Assembly: GCA_031366795.1 (NCBI GenBank)
Contig: JANLOX010000024.1
Coordinates: 1-30,192 of the forward strand
Reading direction: 5' to 3'
From: Candidatus Eiseniibacteriota bacterium
GTDB taxonomy: Bacteria; Eisenbacteria; RBG-16-71-46
Length of the DNA stretch: 30,192 bases
This document shows positions 8,869 through 17,816 of the stretch, in pieces. Under the pieces are notes generated by a model. The model was not told the DNA's origin. It searched no databases and saw only the letters and a list, made by a program, of their open reading frames with translations. How positions within the stretch are numbered: the first letter of the stretch is position 1; each line of letters starts with the position of its first letter. The position numbers were made by a program, and so were the translations under genes.

Positions 8869-10677
8869 TTAGGGCTGCAAATGCACGAGTCGCAGCGCCA
8901 CGAGGATCGGGATCGCCACCGCCACGATCGCCTCACCCGCGATGAAGCCGGAGGCGAGCGGGACGCGGTGACTCGCGGCGTTCTGTGGCGCCGCCTGCTT
9001 CCACACCATGCCGATCAAGCCGCCGAGGAACATGGTGATGACGGCGCTCGTCGGCACCAGCATGCCGATGCCGAGACCGGTCGGTGAGGGCACGAAGTTC
9101 TTGAAGCGCGTGTTCTCGATCACCGTGAACACGACGCCGAGCACCGTGGCGATCACCAGCGCCTCGATCGCTCCGTGCGGCAACGCGCTGATCCCGCCCG
9201 ACAACAGTTTCGCGAAGCCCGCCCACTTCTGCGAGATCGGCGACTGCAGGCCGTGGTCACCGCCGATGCCGTAAGTGTCGCGCAGCAGTGGGTAAACGAT
9301 CGACACCGCCGCCGCCCCGACCGGCACCGCCATTAATTGTGCATAGGTCTGGCAGCGGGGAGTGCTGCCAATCATGTGGCCGGTCTTGTAGGCCTGCATC
9401 AGGCCGTCCGCCTTGGAGGCGACCGATCCCGTCACACCACTGGCCACCATGTTTGGCATGATCTGGCCGGGCGCGATCAGCGCGAAGATCGCCTGCATCA
9501 TGTTGGACAGCACGCTCACAGGACCCCAATTTGTCTCACCCAGCACACGCACGCAGATGAGCATGAGCGGGAACGAGCAGGCCATCGCGATCAACGTCAT
9601 CCACACGGGCATGCCGAGCATGAAGTGCTGCACGAGGATCAGCCCGGTCCCGCAAATCGCCACTCCGATGCCGACCCAACGCATGGGGAAGTCGTCGCTG
9701 CGCACCGACTGGCCGGACAGGCGCTGGAACGTGTTGACCATGGTCCGCCAGCGCAGCACCAGCGAGGTCAGCCCACCCGCGATCAGCATCCCGGTCGCGG
9801 GCCACATCACCCACATCAGCACCTTGCGGCGCACCAGTTCGTCGACGACGCTGTAGTGCATGAGCACCGGCGGAGCCACCACCCATGCCAGGACAGCGCC
9901 GAGCATCATGCCGACGTTGATGCGCATGCTGACCAGCATGCCTGAGCCGAGCGAGAGCAGACTCCACGAAAGTCCCACCCCCATCGTGGCGCCGGTCGGT
10001 CCCAGGCGCAGCAGCTCCGGGATGCGCATGAGCCCCGCGCCGATCAGGCGCGCATCGGCACGCAGCGCCATCACGATTGCCGAGAGCGCGGTGCCGATGC
10101 CCATCGAGCGCGCCGTCTCGCGCGCTTCGCTGCCCTTCGAGTCGAGCACGATCAACGTCTCGGCCGCGGCGACGCCGTCGGCGAAGGCGAGGTTCTCGTC
10201 GACGATGAAGTGGTGCCGCATCGGCACGGTGAACAACACGCCCAGCAGTCCCGCGGTGGTGAGCCACAGGAACGATTGGATCGGTTTGAGCTGGAAGGTG
10301 AAGCCAAGCGTGGGATCGAGCCGCAGCATGTCGAACGCCGCCATCAACACACACAGGAACGCCGTCTGCCCGGCGGCGGTGCCGGCGGACTGGACGATAT
10401 TGTTCTCCCACCGATTGAAATCACGGAACAGCAGCCCGAGCGTGATGAAGCCGAAGAACGCTGAGACCACCGCGATGTTTGGACCAAAGCCGAGCTTGAG
10501 TACGACGTAGGGATAAGCGCAGCCGATCACCGCGGCGACGAGCAGCGCGCCGACGACCGCGCGAACGGAGAACTCCGGCGCGCCGGGCGGCTTGAGAGGT
10601 GCGGCGGGCGCGGGCGGCGAGCCCGTAGCGCCGCGAGAGGCAGCGCTCCCGCTTGACGCGTTCGCCGGTGCGCTCAA
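8869..10677 (-). CDS. OPT/YSL family oligopeptide transporter
   Basis: Polytopic membrane protein with ENNIVQSAG, FTVPMR..FIV.ENLAFADG.AAAE, GETNWGP, YKTGHMIG, ASGFIAGEA motifs. Confidence 0.9.
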   Translation of the reverse strand: MSAPANASSGSAASRGATGSPPAPAAPLKPPGAPEFSVRAVVGALLVAAVIGCAYPYVVLKLGFGPNIAVVSAFFGFITLGLLFRDFNRWENNIVQSAGTAAGQTAFLCVLMAAFDMLRLDPTLGFTFQLKPIQSFLWLTTAGLLGVLFTVPMRHHFIVDENLAFADGVAAAETLIVLDSKGSEARETARSMGIGTALSAIVMALRADARLIGAGLMRIPELLRLGPTGATMGVGLSWSLLSLGSGMLVSMRINVGMMLGAVLAWVVAPPVLMHYSVVDELVRRKVLMWVMWPATGMLIAGGLTSLVLRWRTMVNTFQRLSGQSVRSDDFPMRWVGIGVAICGTGLILVQHFMLGMPVWMTLIAMACSFPLMLICVRVLGETNWGPVSVLSNMMQAIFALIAPGQIMPNMVASGVTGSVASKADGLMQAYKTGHMIGSTPRCQTYAQLMAVPVGAAAVSIVYPLLRDTYGIGGDHGLQSPISQKWAGFAKLLSGGISALPHGAIEALVIATVLGVVFTVIENTRFKNFVPSPTGLGIGMLVPTSAVITMFLGGLIGMVWKQAAPQNAASHRVPLASGFIAGEAIVAVAIPILVALRLVHLQP

Positions 10678-12557
10678 TGCGACGACGCTGTGGGCCGCAC
10701 CGGCGGTTCCACGGGCATCTTCGCGCGCAGCAGCGGCGTCATGAAATCCGGTTGCCCCTTGATGCGTTCGCCCGTGGGGTGCCGGTCCCCGCCGTGATAG
10801 TCGAGCTTCAACACGCGGTAGGTCTCGCCCCAGGTGACGAGCAGCTCCATGGGCTCAGTCGACTTGAGCCCCGCCTTGAGCGCGGCGTCGAGGGCATCCT
10901 TGTCGTACCCACGGCCGTTGATGCCGGTCACCTTCATGCCGGGCGCCAGGCCCGCCGAGTCCGCGGGGCTGCCGGGCCGCACGTCGGTGATCCCACCGCC
11001 TTCCTTCATGCTGAGTCCCAGCGAATACCTGAGATCCACGCCATGGTACAGCGAGGCGCTCTCGTTCTCGGCGTCGTCGGTCGAGTCGGCGAATACCACT
11101 TTCCAACCCGTCGCGGCGAGTGAACGCGCAGGCTCGGGCGTGTCGATCCCATCGAGGCGTTCGTCGAGGAAACGCTTCCACTCGAACGGCTGCACCGCCG
11201 TGAGTGCGGCGACCACTTGGTCCTCGGAGTAGGGATTCACCGCGGCGCCCGAATTCGTTCCCCCTAAGAACAGGCGGCAGAAGTCATCGAGCGACTTCTT
11301 GCCACTCGAGAGCCTCCGGATCGTGGCATCCGCTTCGAGCCAGATCAGCGCACCTTCGAGGTAGTAGTCCTGCGTGCGGCGCCACGAGGTCCACGCGGCG
11401 GTGGCATCCCGCAGCGGACCGTTGTCGATCGCCGTATCGCGCAGCGGGCGCCACTTCCTGCCGGAGCGAACCGCCTCCACCGCGGCCGTGTGCACGAACT
11501 GCTGGCGCGCATTCGTCGCGGAGAACAAGCCGCAGCGGCCATTGAGCACATAGCCCAGGTACTGGTCGAGGCCTTCGTACACCCACAGCAATTCCGAATT
11601 TTCAGCGTGCTGGAAGTCGGTGAAGGCGAGCCCCTGCGGACGCCGGTACTTGCCGCACCACGAGTGCGACAATTCGTGACTCAAGTCCTCGAGTTGCGTG
11701 GGCGCTGAATGGATGTCGAGCAGGGCGCGCTCGCGAGCCTGGTAGGCCTGGCACTCGTGATGTTCGAGCGTGATGTCGTCGGGCAGGTCGCCGAGGGCGA
11801 CCAGGAACTTGTAGCGATTGAAGTGCCGCGCCCCGTACAACGCGCCCGCCTCGCGCATCAGCGCGCGCATCTTGATGGCGAACTCCGGCTTGAACTCGAG
11901 CCCCTCGGCGCTGCTGCAGTAGAAGTCCGCTTCCACCGGAGCGCCGAGGCAGTTGCCCAGATCGAGCCGGCGGAAGTGAGCACCTGCCAGCACTGGCGAA
12001 TCGACCAACGTCTCGAGGCTCACGGTCGCATAGCCGGTGCCGTCCGTTGAGGTGCTGACCGAATCGAGCGCGGTCGCACTCGTCCAGCCGACAGGGAGGC
12101 GCACGGAGGGCCGGACGTAGAGCCGCGCCACCGGTTGGCCGGCGGGATACAGAACCAGGTTGTTCCAGTCGAAGAAGCCGAGGTCCGTCGCGGTGCTGGC
12201 GTTCAGGGCGTCGAGTTGAACGTCGAGCGTCGCAGCTCCCGCGGGGATATCGCAGTGGAAGACAAAGTTGTCGAGCGTGTCGCGCGACCATGCGACGCGC
12301 TGGCCGTTGGCGCGCATGACCAGCCCGGCGAGATCCACGATTTTGCCCTCGGGCCGATGGCAGCCGGGAATCCACTTCGGGAAGTACAACGTCAGCGGTC
12401 CCGCGCTCACCGGGATCGCGAGTTGCGCGTGCAGGATCCCGCGCGCCCAATCGCGGCCGTCGATCTTGATGCGCTCCGGATTCTCGCGAGTCTGCGCATG
12501 CGAGCTTGCGGACAGGAAGCACAGCATTGCAACGACTGCGAGCGAGCGGAGCTTCAA
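10674..12557 (-). CDS. M61 family (glycyl aminopeptidase-like) metallopeptidase with C-terminal PDZ domain, secreted
   Basis: PKWIPG, LVDSP, LEH, HELSH (HEXXH), LLWVYEG, PDZ segment (VRPGSPADSAGLAPG). Start moved to TTG at 12557, preceded by GGAGG and followed by a signal peptide. Stop overlaps OPT start (ATGA). Confidence 0.88.
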   Translation of the reverse strand: MKLRSLAVVAMLCFLSASSHAQTRENPERIKIDGRDWARGILHAQLAIPVSAGPLTLYFPKWIPGCHRPEGKIVDLAGLVMRANGQRVAWSRDTLDNFVFHCDIPAGAATLDVQLDALNASTATDLGFFDWNNLVLYPAGQPVARLYVRPSVRLPVGWTSATALDSVSTSTDGTGYATVSLETLVDSPVLAGAHFRRLDLGNCLGAPVEADFYCSSAEGLEFKPEFAIKMRALMREAGALYGARHFNRYKFLVALGDLPDDITLEHHECQAYQARERALLDIHSAPTQLEDLSHELSHSWCGKYRRPQGLAFTDFQHAENSELLWVYEGLDQYLGYVLNGRCGLFSATNARQQFVHTAAVEAVRSGRKWRPLRDTAIDNGPLRDATAAWTSWRRTQDYYLEGALIWLEADATIRRLSSGKKSLDDFCRLFLGGTNSGAAVNPYSEDQVVAALTAVQPFEWKRFLDERLDGIDTPEPARSLAATGWKVVFADSTDDAENESASLYHGVDLRYSLGLSMKEGGGITDVRPGSPADSAGLAPGMKVTGINGRGYDKDALDAALKAGLKSTEPMELLVTWGETYRVLKLDYHGGDRHPTGERIKGQPDFMTPLLRAKMPVEPPVRPTASSH

Positions 12558-12661
12558 GCATTCCTCCAGGCAGGGATTGTCGGGTGGCGTTCGAGTGCAT
12601 GGGCGCGCGGGCGCAGGCGGCAAGAGAGCAGACCGCCCCACCCTGACCGTACTCAATAGTT

Positions 12662-12688
12662 GCGGCCACCCTACAACAGGGTGGCCGC
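12662..12688 (-). terminator. Perfect 11-bp GC-rich hairpin downstream of PA-protease gene (terminator or mRNA-stabilising stem)
   Basis: GCGGCCACCCT-acaac-AGGGTGGCCGC; no clean U-tract on the minus strand. Confidence 0.5.
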
Positions 12689-12716
12689 CGGACTACGAAC
12701 GATTTTTCGGGTACAA

Positions 12717-14444
12717 CTAATCCGCGACGACGATCCGCTGGGTCTTCGACTCGCCGTTGATCTGCATCCGGTACATGTAGACGCCCGGCGCCACGCGGGA
12801 GCCGGCTTCGTCGGTGGCGTCCCAGATGATCGAGCCGCCGCCCGCGGCAAGCCACGACTTGCGCATGACGCGCTTCACCATGCGGCCGCTGACGTCGTAG
12901 ATGCCCATTTCACCCATGCCGGCCTTGGGCACCGTGTAGTGGATAGAGGTGCGCACGCGGAACGGGTTCGGTGCGCCGCTCTCGAGGCGCATCGCTTGGT
13001 TCGCCTGAGCGAGAACGCTGAGCGCCCGGGGGAACCAACCGATGTCTTCCAGCGCGTAGCGCGTCAGGTCGACGTTGGAGGTGAGGTCCGTGTTGATCGC
13101 GGGCTCCATCAACAGGTTCGGCGTGGCTGAAACGTCGAAGTGGGACACCGACGAGCCCGGTTCGAGCGGATTCGGCGAATACATCTTGACCCACCCTGCA
13201 TTGTCACTACCCGCAAGCAGCGGCGGCTGTGTTCCCATCGTCACGGTCACGGGACCCGAGAGCAGCGCGTTCTTGAGCGCCACCCCATCAGCCTGCGTGA
13301 TGCTGACGGTCGGGATCCCGATCAGGTCGGTACCCGCCATGTTGACGATCGCCGGGCTCGCCACGTTGTTGACGATGATTACGGCGATCGCGCCCACGTT
13401 CTCCGCGTAAACCGCCTTGGCTGCGAAGGTGCACACGCCGCGATCGATCAGGGCGACCTTGCCGACCAGCGCGCCCTCGTTCGTCCAGGGCGTCTCGCAG
13501 CCGTCGCCAGTCGGCGCCGTCGGATCCACGACGTAGACGACGTCGCCGATCACGGGTGGAGATGTGAGAGCGGGACCGAACTGCGCGGTGCCGAACTGCC
13601 GCGCCCCGGCCACGCCCGCAGCGAAGGCGGCGTCACCCTCGAACATCACGAAGGGACGCTTGCCGAGGAAGTTGCGCGCCTGGTTGGCCGTGCGCCCACC
13701 GCGCCACACGAGGTTGCCCGTGTTGATCGCCGAGGCCGCGCGGCCGGCATCGTCGAGTTGGTCCCAGTACTTCTGCTGCGTGTCGTCGTAGAGAAATTTC
13801 GCGAACACATCGGTGCGTCCGCTCAGGTATGCCCCCGAGGCGCCATCGGTGAACGTGGCGAAGCCAAGCCCGTGACCGATCTCGTGCAGCACGACGGCGA
13901 GCAGATCGACGTTCATGCCCTCATTGTGGTCGTAGCCGTAGTACCAATTCGAGGCACCGAGGCACGTTGAGTTGTCGACGTCCGAATTGAAGCGGGCGCG
14001 CATGTCGCTCGTGGCCGCATCGAGATCGGCGCCGCGCTGCTTGTTCGCGAGCGCTCCGGGATACCAGGTGTTCGCGAATTCGGCTCCGGTGAAGTTGGCG
14101 AACACGCCATTCGAACCTGTCGAACCCAGCACGCCGCTCGTCGCGGTACAGGGGGTCAGCGGATCCATCGTCGCATCGACCTTCATCACCACCGAGCTCG
14201 ACAAGATCCCGCCCCACACCGCGGCAGCCTGGTTGAATACATTGAGGCGCTGGGCGCCGCGCGTCGTGCCGGGATTGCCACCGATGGGTGCTACGGCCGT
14301 GTTGTCATTGAAGCCTTCGAGAGCGCCGTCGATGTTGACGATCTGGATCGTCGCGGCACGCGCCATCGGCGCACCTATCATGCAGACGAGAACGGCCAGC
14401 GCCGCGGCGACGGCAAACCTGGAACGCAAGGCCGGCGTCCTCAC
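12717..14444 (-). CDS. Secreted zinc metalloprotease with inserted PA domain and C-terminal FlgD-Ig/T9SS type-A-like sorting domain
   Basis: Signal peptide (...PMARA); VVLHEIGHGLG zinc motif, later SVSH and LLMEP; PA domain GKVALIDRGVCTFAAKA..AENVGAIAVIIVN; C-terminus PNPF...IYDVSGRMVK...WDATDEAGSRVAPGVYMYR. GTG at 14444 overlaps upstream stop (GTGA) with GGAGG RBS. Confidence 0.85.
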   Translation of the reverse strand: MRTPALRSRFAVAAALAVLVCMIGAPMARAATIQIVNIDGALEGFNDNTAVAPIGGNPGTTRGAQRLNVFNQAAAVWGGILSSSVVMKVDATMDPLTPCTATSGVLGSTGSNGVFANFTGAEFANTWYPGALANKQRGADLDAATSDMRARFNSDVDNSTCLGASNWYYGYDHNEGMNVDLLAVVLHEIGHGLGFATFTDGASGAYLSGRTDVFAKFLYDDTQQKYWDQLDDAGRAASAINTGNLVWRGGRTANQARNFLGKRPFVMFEGDAAFAAGVAGARQFGTAQFGPALTSPPVIGDVVYVVDPTAPTGDGCETPWTNEGALVGKVALIDRGVCTFAAKAVYAENVGAIAVIIVNNVASPAIVNMAGTDLIGIPTVSITQADGVALKNALLSGPVTVTMGTQPPLLAGSDNAGWVKMYSPNPLEPGSSVSHFDVSATPNLLMEPAINTDLTSNVDLTRYALEDIGWFPRALSVLAQANQAMRLESGAPNPFRVRTSIHYTVPKAGMGEMGIYDVSGRMVKRVMRKSWLAAGGGSIIWDATDEAGSRVAPGVYMYRMQINGESKTQRIVVAD

Positions 14445-15265
14445 TTCACCTCCCACGTCGACTGGGGTACCGCCACCGGCGCTTCCGCGGGTACCGGCGC
14501 AATGGGACCGTTGCCCTGCTGGCAGCCGTAGGTGATCTTGCCGTAGGCGCTGCGGGTCGCGGTGGCGTTCATCATCAAGCGATCGGGCACGCGCATCATT
14601 TCGCCGCCACCCGGCAGCGCGATGATTTCCGCATCGGGCACGCGGCCCTGGGTCGAAACGCCGCCCGGCAGCTTGGAGGCGGAGGCCGAGATCTGGGCGA
14701 GCTGCTCTGCCGTCGCCTGCACGATGCCACCCGTCTCAGGGTCGATCACGGCCACGAGTCCGGCAGTTCCCGGCGTCACGTTGACGGCGGTGCTGCCGTT
14801 CGCGGACTTCGCGGCGGTCTTCGACTTGAGCGCGCGCTTGCGGGTCGCCGAGGCGGTCCGCGTCGTCTTGGTGGAGGGCTTGTGCGCGCCCGATGTCATC
14901 GCGTCACCCCAGCACGCGCCGTTCATGTTGGCGGTGCTGGCCGCAACGGACTTGGAGGCGCTGCACATTCCCGGAGGGCACGCGGCCGTACCGGACATGG
15001 GGCAGCTGGCGGCGGCCTTGGAGGCGGAGGCGCTGCTCTTCATCGAGCAACAACCGCCGGCTTCTTGCGACTGCGCGCCGTGCTTCATGCTTGCGGCGGT
15101 CGCGGTGGTGCCATGCGTGGCGCCACAGCTCGAGGACGAAGCGGAACTGGCCTTGGAATCGTTATCGCTCGCGTAGCCAGGTGCGGCGATCGAAACGGCG
15201 GCCAGCATGATCGCGGCGGCGGCGAGGCGAGACGTGAGCAGGCGAGGTGTAGTCGCGAGCCTCAT
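14441..15265 (-). CDS. Secreted Cys/Ser/Ala-rich protein with C-terminal domain resembling the post-PEP-CTERM-1 domain
   Basis: ATG at 15265 after GGAAAGGA; signal peptide ending APGYA; low-complexity region with 7 Cys; C-terminal GLVAVIDPETGGIVQATAEQLAQI...GGEMMRVPDRLMMNATATRSAYGKITYGC. Family assignment is from memory. Confidence 0.7.
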   Translation of the reverse strand: MRLATTPRLLTSRLAAAAIMLAAVSIAAPGYASDNDSKASSASSSSCGATHGTTATAASMKHGAQSQEAGGCCSMKSSASASKAAASCPMSGTAACPPGMCSASKSVAASTANMNGACWGDAMTSGAHKPSTKTTRTASATRKRALKSKTAAKSANGSTAVNVTPGTAGLVAVIDPETGGIVQATAEQLAQISASASKLPGGVSTQGRVPDAEIIALPGGGEMMRVPDRLMMNATATRSAYGKITYGCQQGNGPIAPVPAEAPVAVPQSTWEVK

Positions 15266-15637
15266 GGTCTGAGCGTCCTTTCCACAGGGTGAATAAAAGC
15301 TGCTGCTGAGCGGCATTCGAGGCCATGATCATAGCCCTGCCGGCAAGCGGAAATCGAGTTTTGAGTTGCACTTGAGCCCGGCGTCGCGAGGCAAATTGAC
15401 GCCCGGGCCCGCTGCGTGTTGCGACCTGCACGAGTCAGGCTGGACGGCATTTGAGCGCCCCGCCTCGGAGATAGCCAGCTAACTGGCCGGGGCGCCGCGC
15501 CATGCCCCGTATAGTTTGGTGCCGGAAAATTGTCCCGGGTTCGGAAATCCAGCTAGCCACCCTTCCTACTGCAAGTTCCGTTCGCAAATCCATACCAAGC
15601 GCCTCGCCCGTCCCGAATGGGTGAGAAACCCAACGCG

Positions 15638-15653
15638 AGGCATGGTTCTTGCC
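15638..15653 (+). promoter_or_regulatory. Putative sigma54 (-24/-12) promoter of the polysaccharide operon
   Basis: AGGCATGGTTCTTGCC: GG-N10-GC spacing, close to TGGCACG-N4-TTGC, 100 bp upstream of the SLBB gene start. Confidence 0.55.
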
Positions 15654-15752
15654 GCCGTGTGGGACGTTCGCGGGCAGCGCCTGGGCGTTACCGGCTGTCC
15701 GCCCCATGGGTCTTGCGGTTCGAGTCACGCTTCAGCGAGGAGCCTCCCCAAC

Positions 15753-17816
15753 ATGCTTGGGACGATCACGCGCAACCTGCCCCGGCCAGGGCGGCGCGCG
15801 CTGTTGTTGGCGTTGTTGGTCTGCAGCATGCCGGCTGCCATACGCGCGGCCGAGCCCACCCGGTCCAGCGTTGCCGTCGAGGCCCCCGCCAGCAAGGCCG
15901 TGGGCGACATCGACGTGCTGTCGCAACAGGCACCGGGCCGCGAAGCCGTGCTGAGCCTGCGCAATAGCCTCGTCACGCCGACCGCCGCCACGCGCTGGAA
16001 GGAACTCGTGCCGTTCGGTCACGACCTGTTCCGCGATGCCGGCGAACGCTTCACTGCCGTGCAGGACGCTCCCGTGGGCCCCGACTACGTGCTGGGGCCG
16101 GGCGACAATCTCGTGGTGTTCCTCTCGGGGCTGCGCGACTCGAGCTTTGCCGTGACGCTCGACCGCGAGGGCAAGGTATTCCTCCCTCGCGTCGGCAGCA
16201 CCTTCCTGTGGGGTATTTCATTCAGCGACGCCGAGAACCTGATCAAGGCCCGGCTCGCGACCGTCGTGCGCAACACGCGCATACAAGTGTCGATGGGTCG
16301 CGTGCGCACGCTCGACGTGCTGGTCGCCGGCGCGGTGATGCGCCCGGGTACCTACACGCTCACCGGCATGGCCACCGCCTTCAACGCGCTGATCGCAGCC
16401 GGAGGCCCGGCCGAACTCGGCAGCCTGCGCTCGATCCGGGTGCTGCGCGCCAATCGCGAGGCCTCGCGCCTCGATCTCTACGACTTCCTCATCAGGGGTG
16501 ATCGCACGGGCGACGTTCGGTTGCAGACGGGCGACGTCGTGTTCGTCGATCTCGTCAAGACTCAAGTGGGCATCCAGGGCGCCGTGGTGCGGCCTTCCGT
16601 CTATGAAGGCAACGGCCCGCTGACGTTGCGCCAGCTGATGAACTTGGCCGGCGGTGCAACGCCGTTCGCCGACCTCACGCGCATCCGCGTCGAGCGCGTC
16701 GATGCCAACGGCGGCTTCCGTATCCAGGACCTGCCTCTCGATCACGGTCACGGTATCGATCCCGATTCGTTGACGCTGTCGGACTACGATCTCGTGACGG
16801 TGCTGCCGCTCAATGAACGCGTGCATAACATGGTTACGCTCGACGGCTATGTGCGGCATCCGGGCGAATACGAATGCGCGCCCAACATGCCGCTGTCGCA
16901 ATTGATCGGCCCCGACCGCATGCTACCCGAAGCCGACCTTGAGCACGCCGAGTTACGCCGCGTGGACCCGGTCAGCTTCCATGTGCAGGTGCGCTCGTTC
17001 TCGCCACGCGACATCTGGCGCGGCGTGGGCGACCTCACGCTCCAGCCACTCGACGCCGTGAGCATCTTCTCCAGCGCGCGCATCCCGCGCAGCATCGTAC
17101 TCGAAGGCGAGATCCTGCGGCCGGGTACCTACTCCGTGACCTCGGGCGAGCGCCTCTCCGACGTGCTCAAACGCGCCGGCGGCGTGACCGCGCAGGGCTG
17201 GTTGCCCTCCGCGGTGTTCGTGCGGAACACCGCCGCCTACCAGGAACGCCGCTCGATCGCCGAATTCGTGAAACGCCAGCGCGTCGAACTGGCGCGCCAG
17301 CAGGCGACGCTCGCCAGTTCATCGGACAGCGCGAGCGCAGGTGCCATGGTCGCTGCGCAGGAACGCCTGCTCAGCGCCATCGAGGACCAGAGCGATCCCG
17401 GTCGCGTCGTCTTGGATCTCGATTCCGGAGCTCGCTGGATCGGCACCGATCGCGATCCCGTGATCGAGGACGGCGATCGCTTCACCGTGCCGCTCAGGCC
17501 CGCCGCAGTCACGGTACTCGGCAGCGTCATGAACCCGGGTACCATCATGGCCCGCAACCACGCATCCTTCAGCGATTATGTGCGGCTGGCCGGCGGCCCC
17601 TCGCGCCAGGCCGACCTCGGCCGCAGCTACCTGCTCAAGTCCAACGGTATCGCATTGACGCGCTCGCAGGTTTCGCATGTCGAGCCGGGCGATGCCATCG
17701 TCGTGCCGCCGGGGGAGCCGTCGACGCACGGCTTCGCGCGGGCGATGGACTCGAGCTGGCGGTTCGTGTCCGGGCTCGCGGCGACCGTGGCGCTGGTACT
17801 GGCGGTGCGCCGGTGA
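15753..17816 (+). CDS. Polysaccharide export protein with multiple SLBB domains (Wza/KpsD-like)
   Basis: PFGHDLF, DYVLGPGD poly_export motif, repeated V.G.V..PG.Y SLBB units; start moved to ATG 15753 with GAGGAG RBS. Confidence 0.9.
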   Translation: MLGTITRNLPRPGRRALLLALLVCSMPAAIRAAEPTRSSVAVEAPASKAVGDIDVLSQQAPGREAVLSLRNSLVTPTAATRWKELVPFGHDLFRDAGERFTAVQDAPVGPDYVLGPGDNLVVFLSGLRDSSFAVTLDREGKVFLPRVGSTFLWGISFSDAENLIKARLATVVRNTRIQVSMGRVRTLDVLVAGAVMRPGTYTLTGMATAFNALIAAGGPAELGSLRSIRVLRANREASRLDLYDFLIRGDRTGDVRLQTGDVVFVDLVKTQVGIQGAVVRPSVYEGNGPLTLRQLMNLAGGATPFADLTRIRVERVDANGGFRIQDLPLDHGHGIDPDSLTLSDYDLVTVLPLNERVHNMVTLDGYVRHPGEYECAPNMPLSQLIGPDRMLPEADLEHAELRRVDPVSFHVQVRSFSPRDIWRGVGDLTLQPLDAVSIFSSARIPRSIVLEGEILRPGTYSVTSGERLSDVLKRAGGVTAQGWLPSAVFVRNTAAYQERRSIAEFVKRQRVELARQQATLASSSDSASAGAMVAAQERLLSAIEDQSDPGRVVLDLDSGARWIGTDRDPVIEDGDRFTVPLRPAAVTVLGSVMNPGTIMARNHASFSDYVRLAGGPSRQADLGRSYLLKSNGIALTRSQVSHVEPGDAIVVPPGEPSTHGFARAMDSSWRFVSGLAATVALVLAVRR

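Noticed and set aside
12558..12660. Possible structured leader or riboswitch before the M61 gene
   Set aside because: Only short GC pairings and no recognisable aptamer consensus.
15780..15850. Twin-arginine-like GRRALL in the SLBB protein signal peptide
   Set aside because: Poor match to S/T-R-R-x-F-L-K; Arg pairs are common in GC-rich Sec signal peptides.
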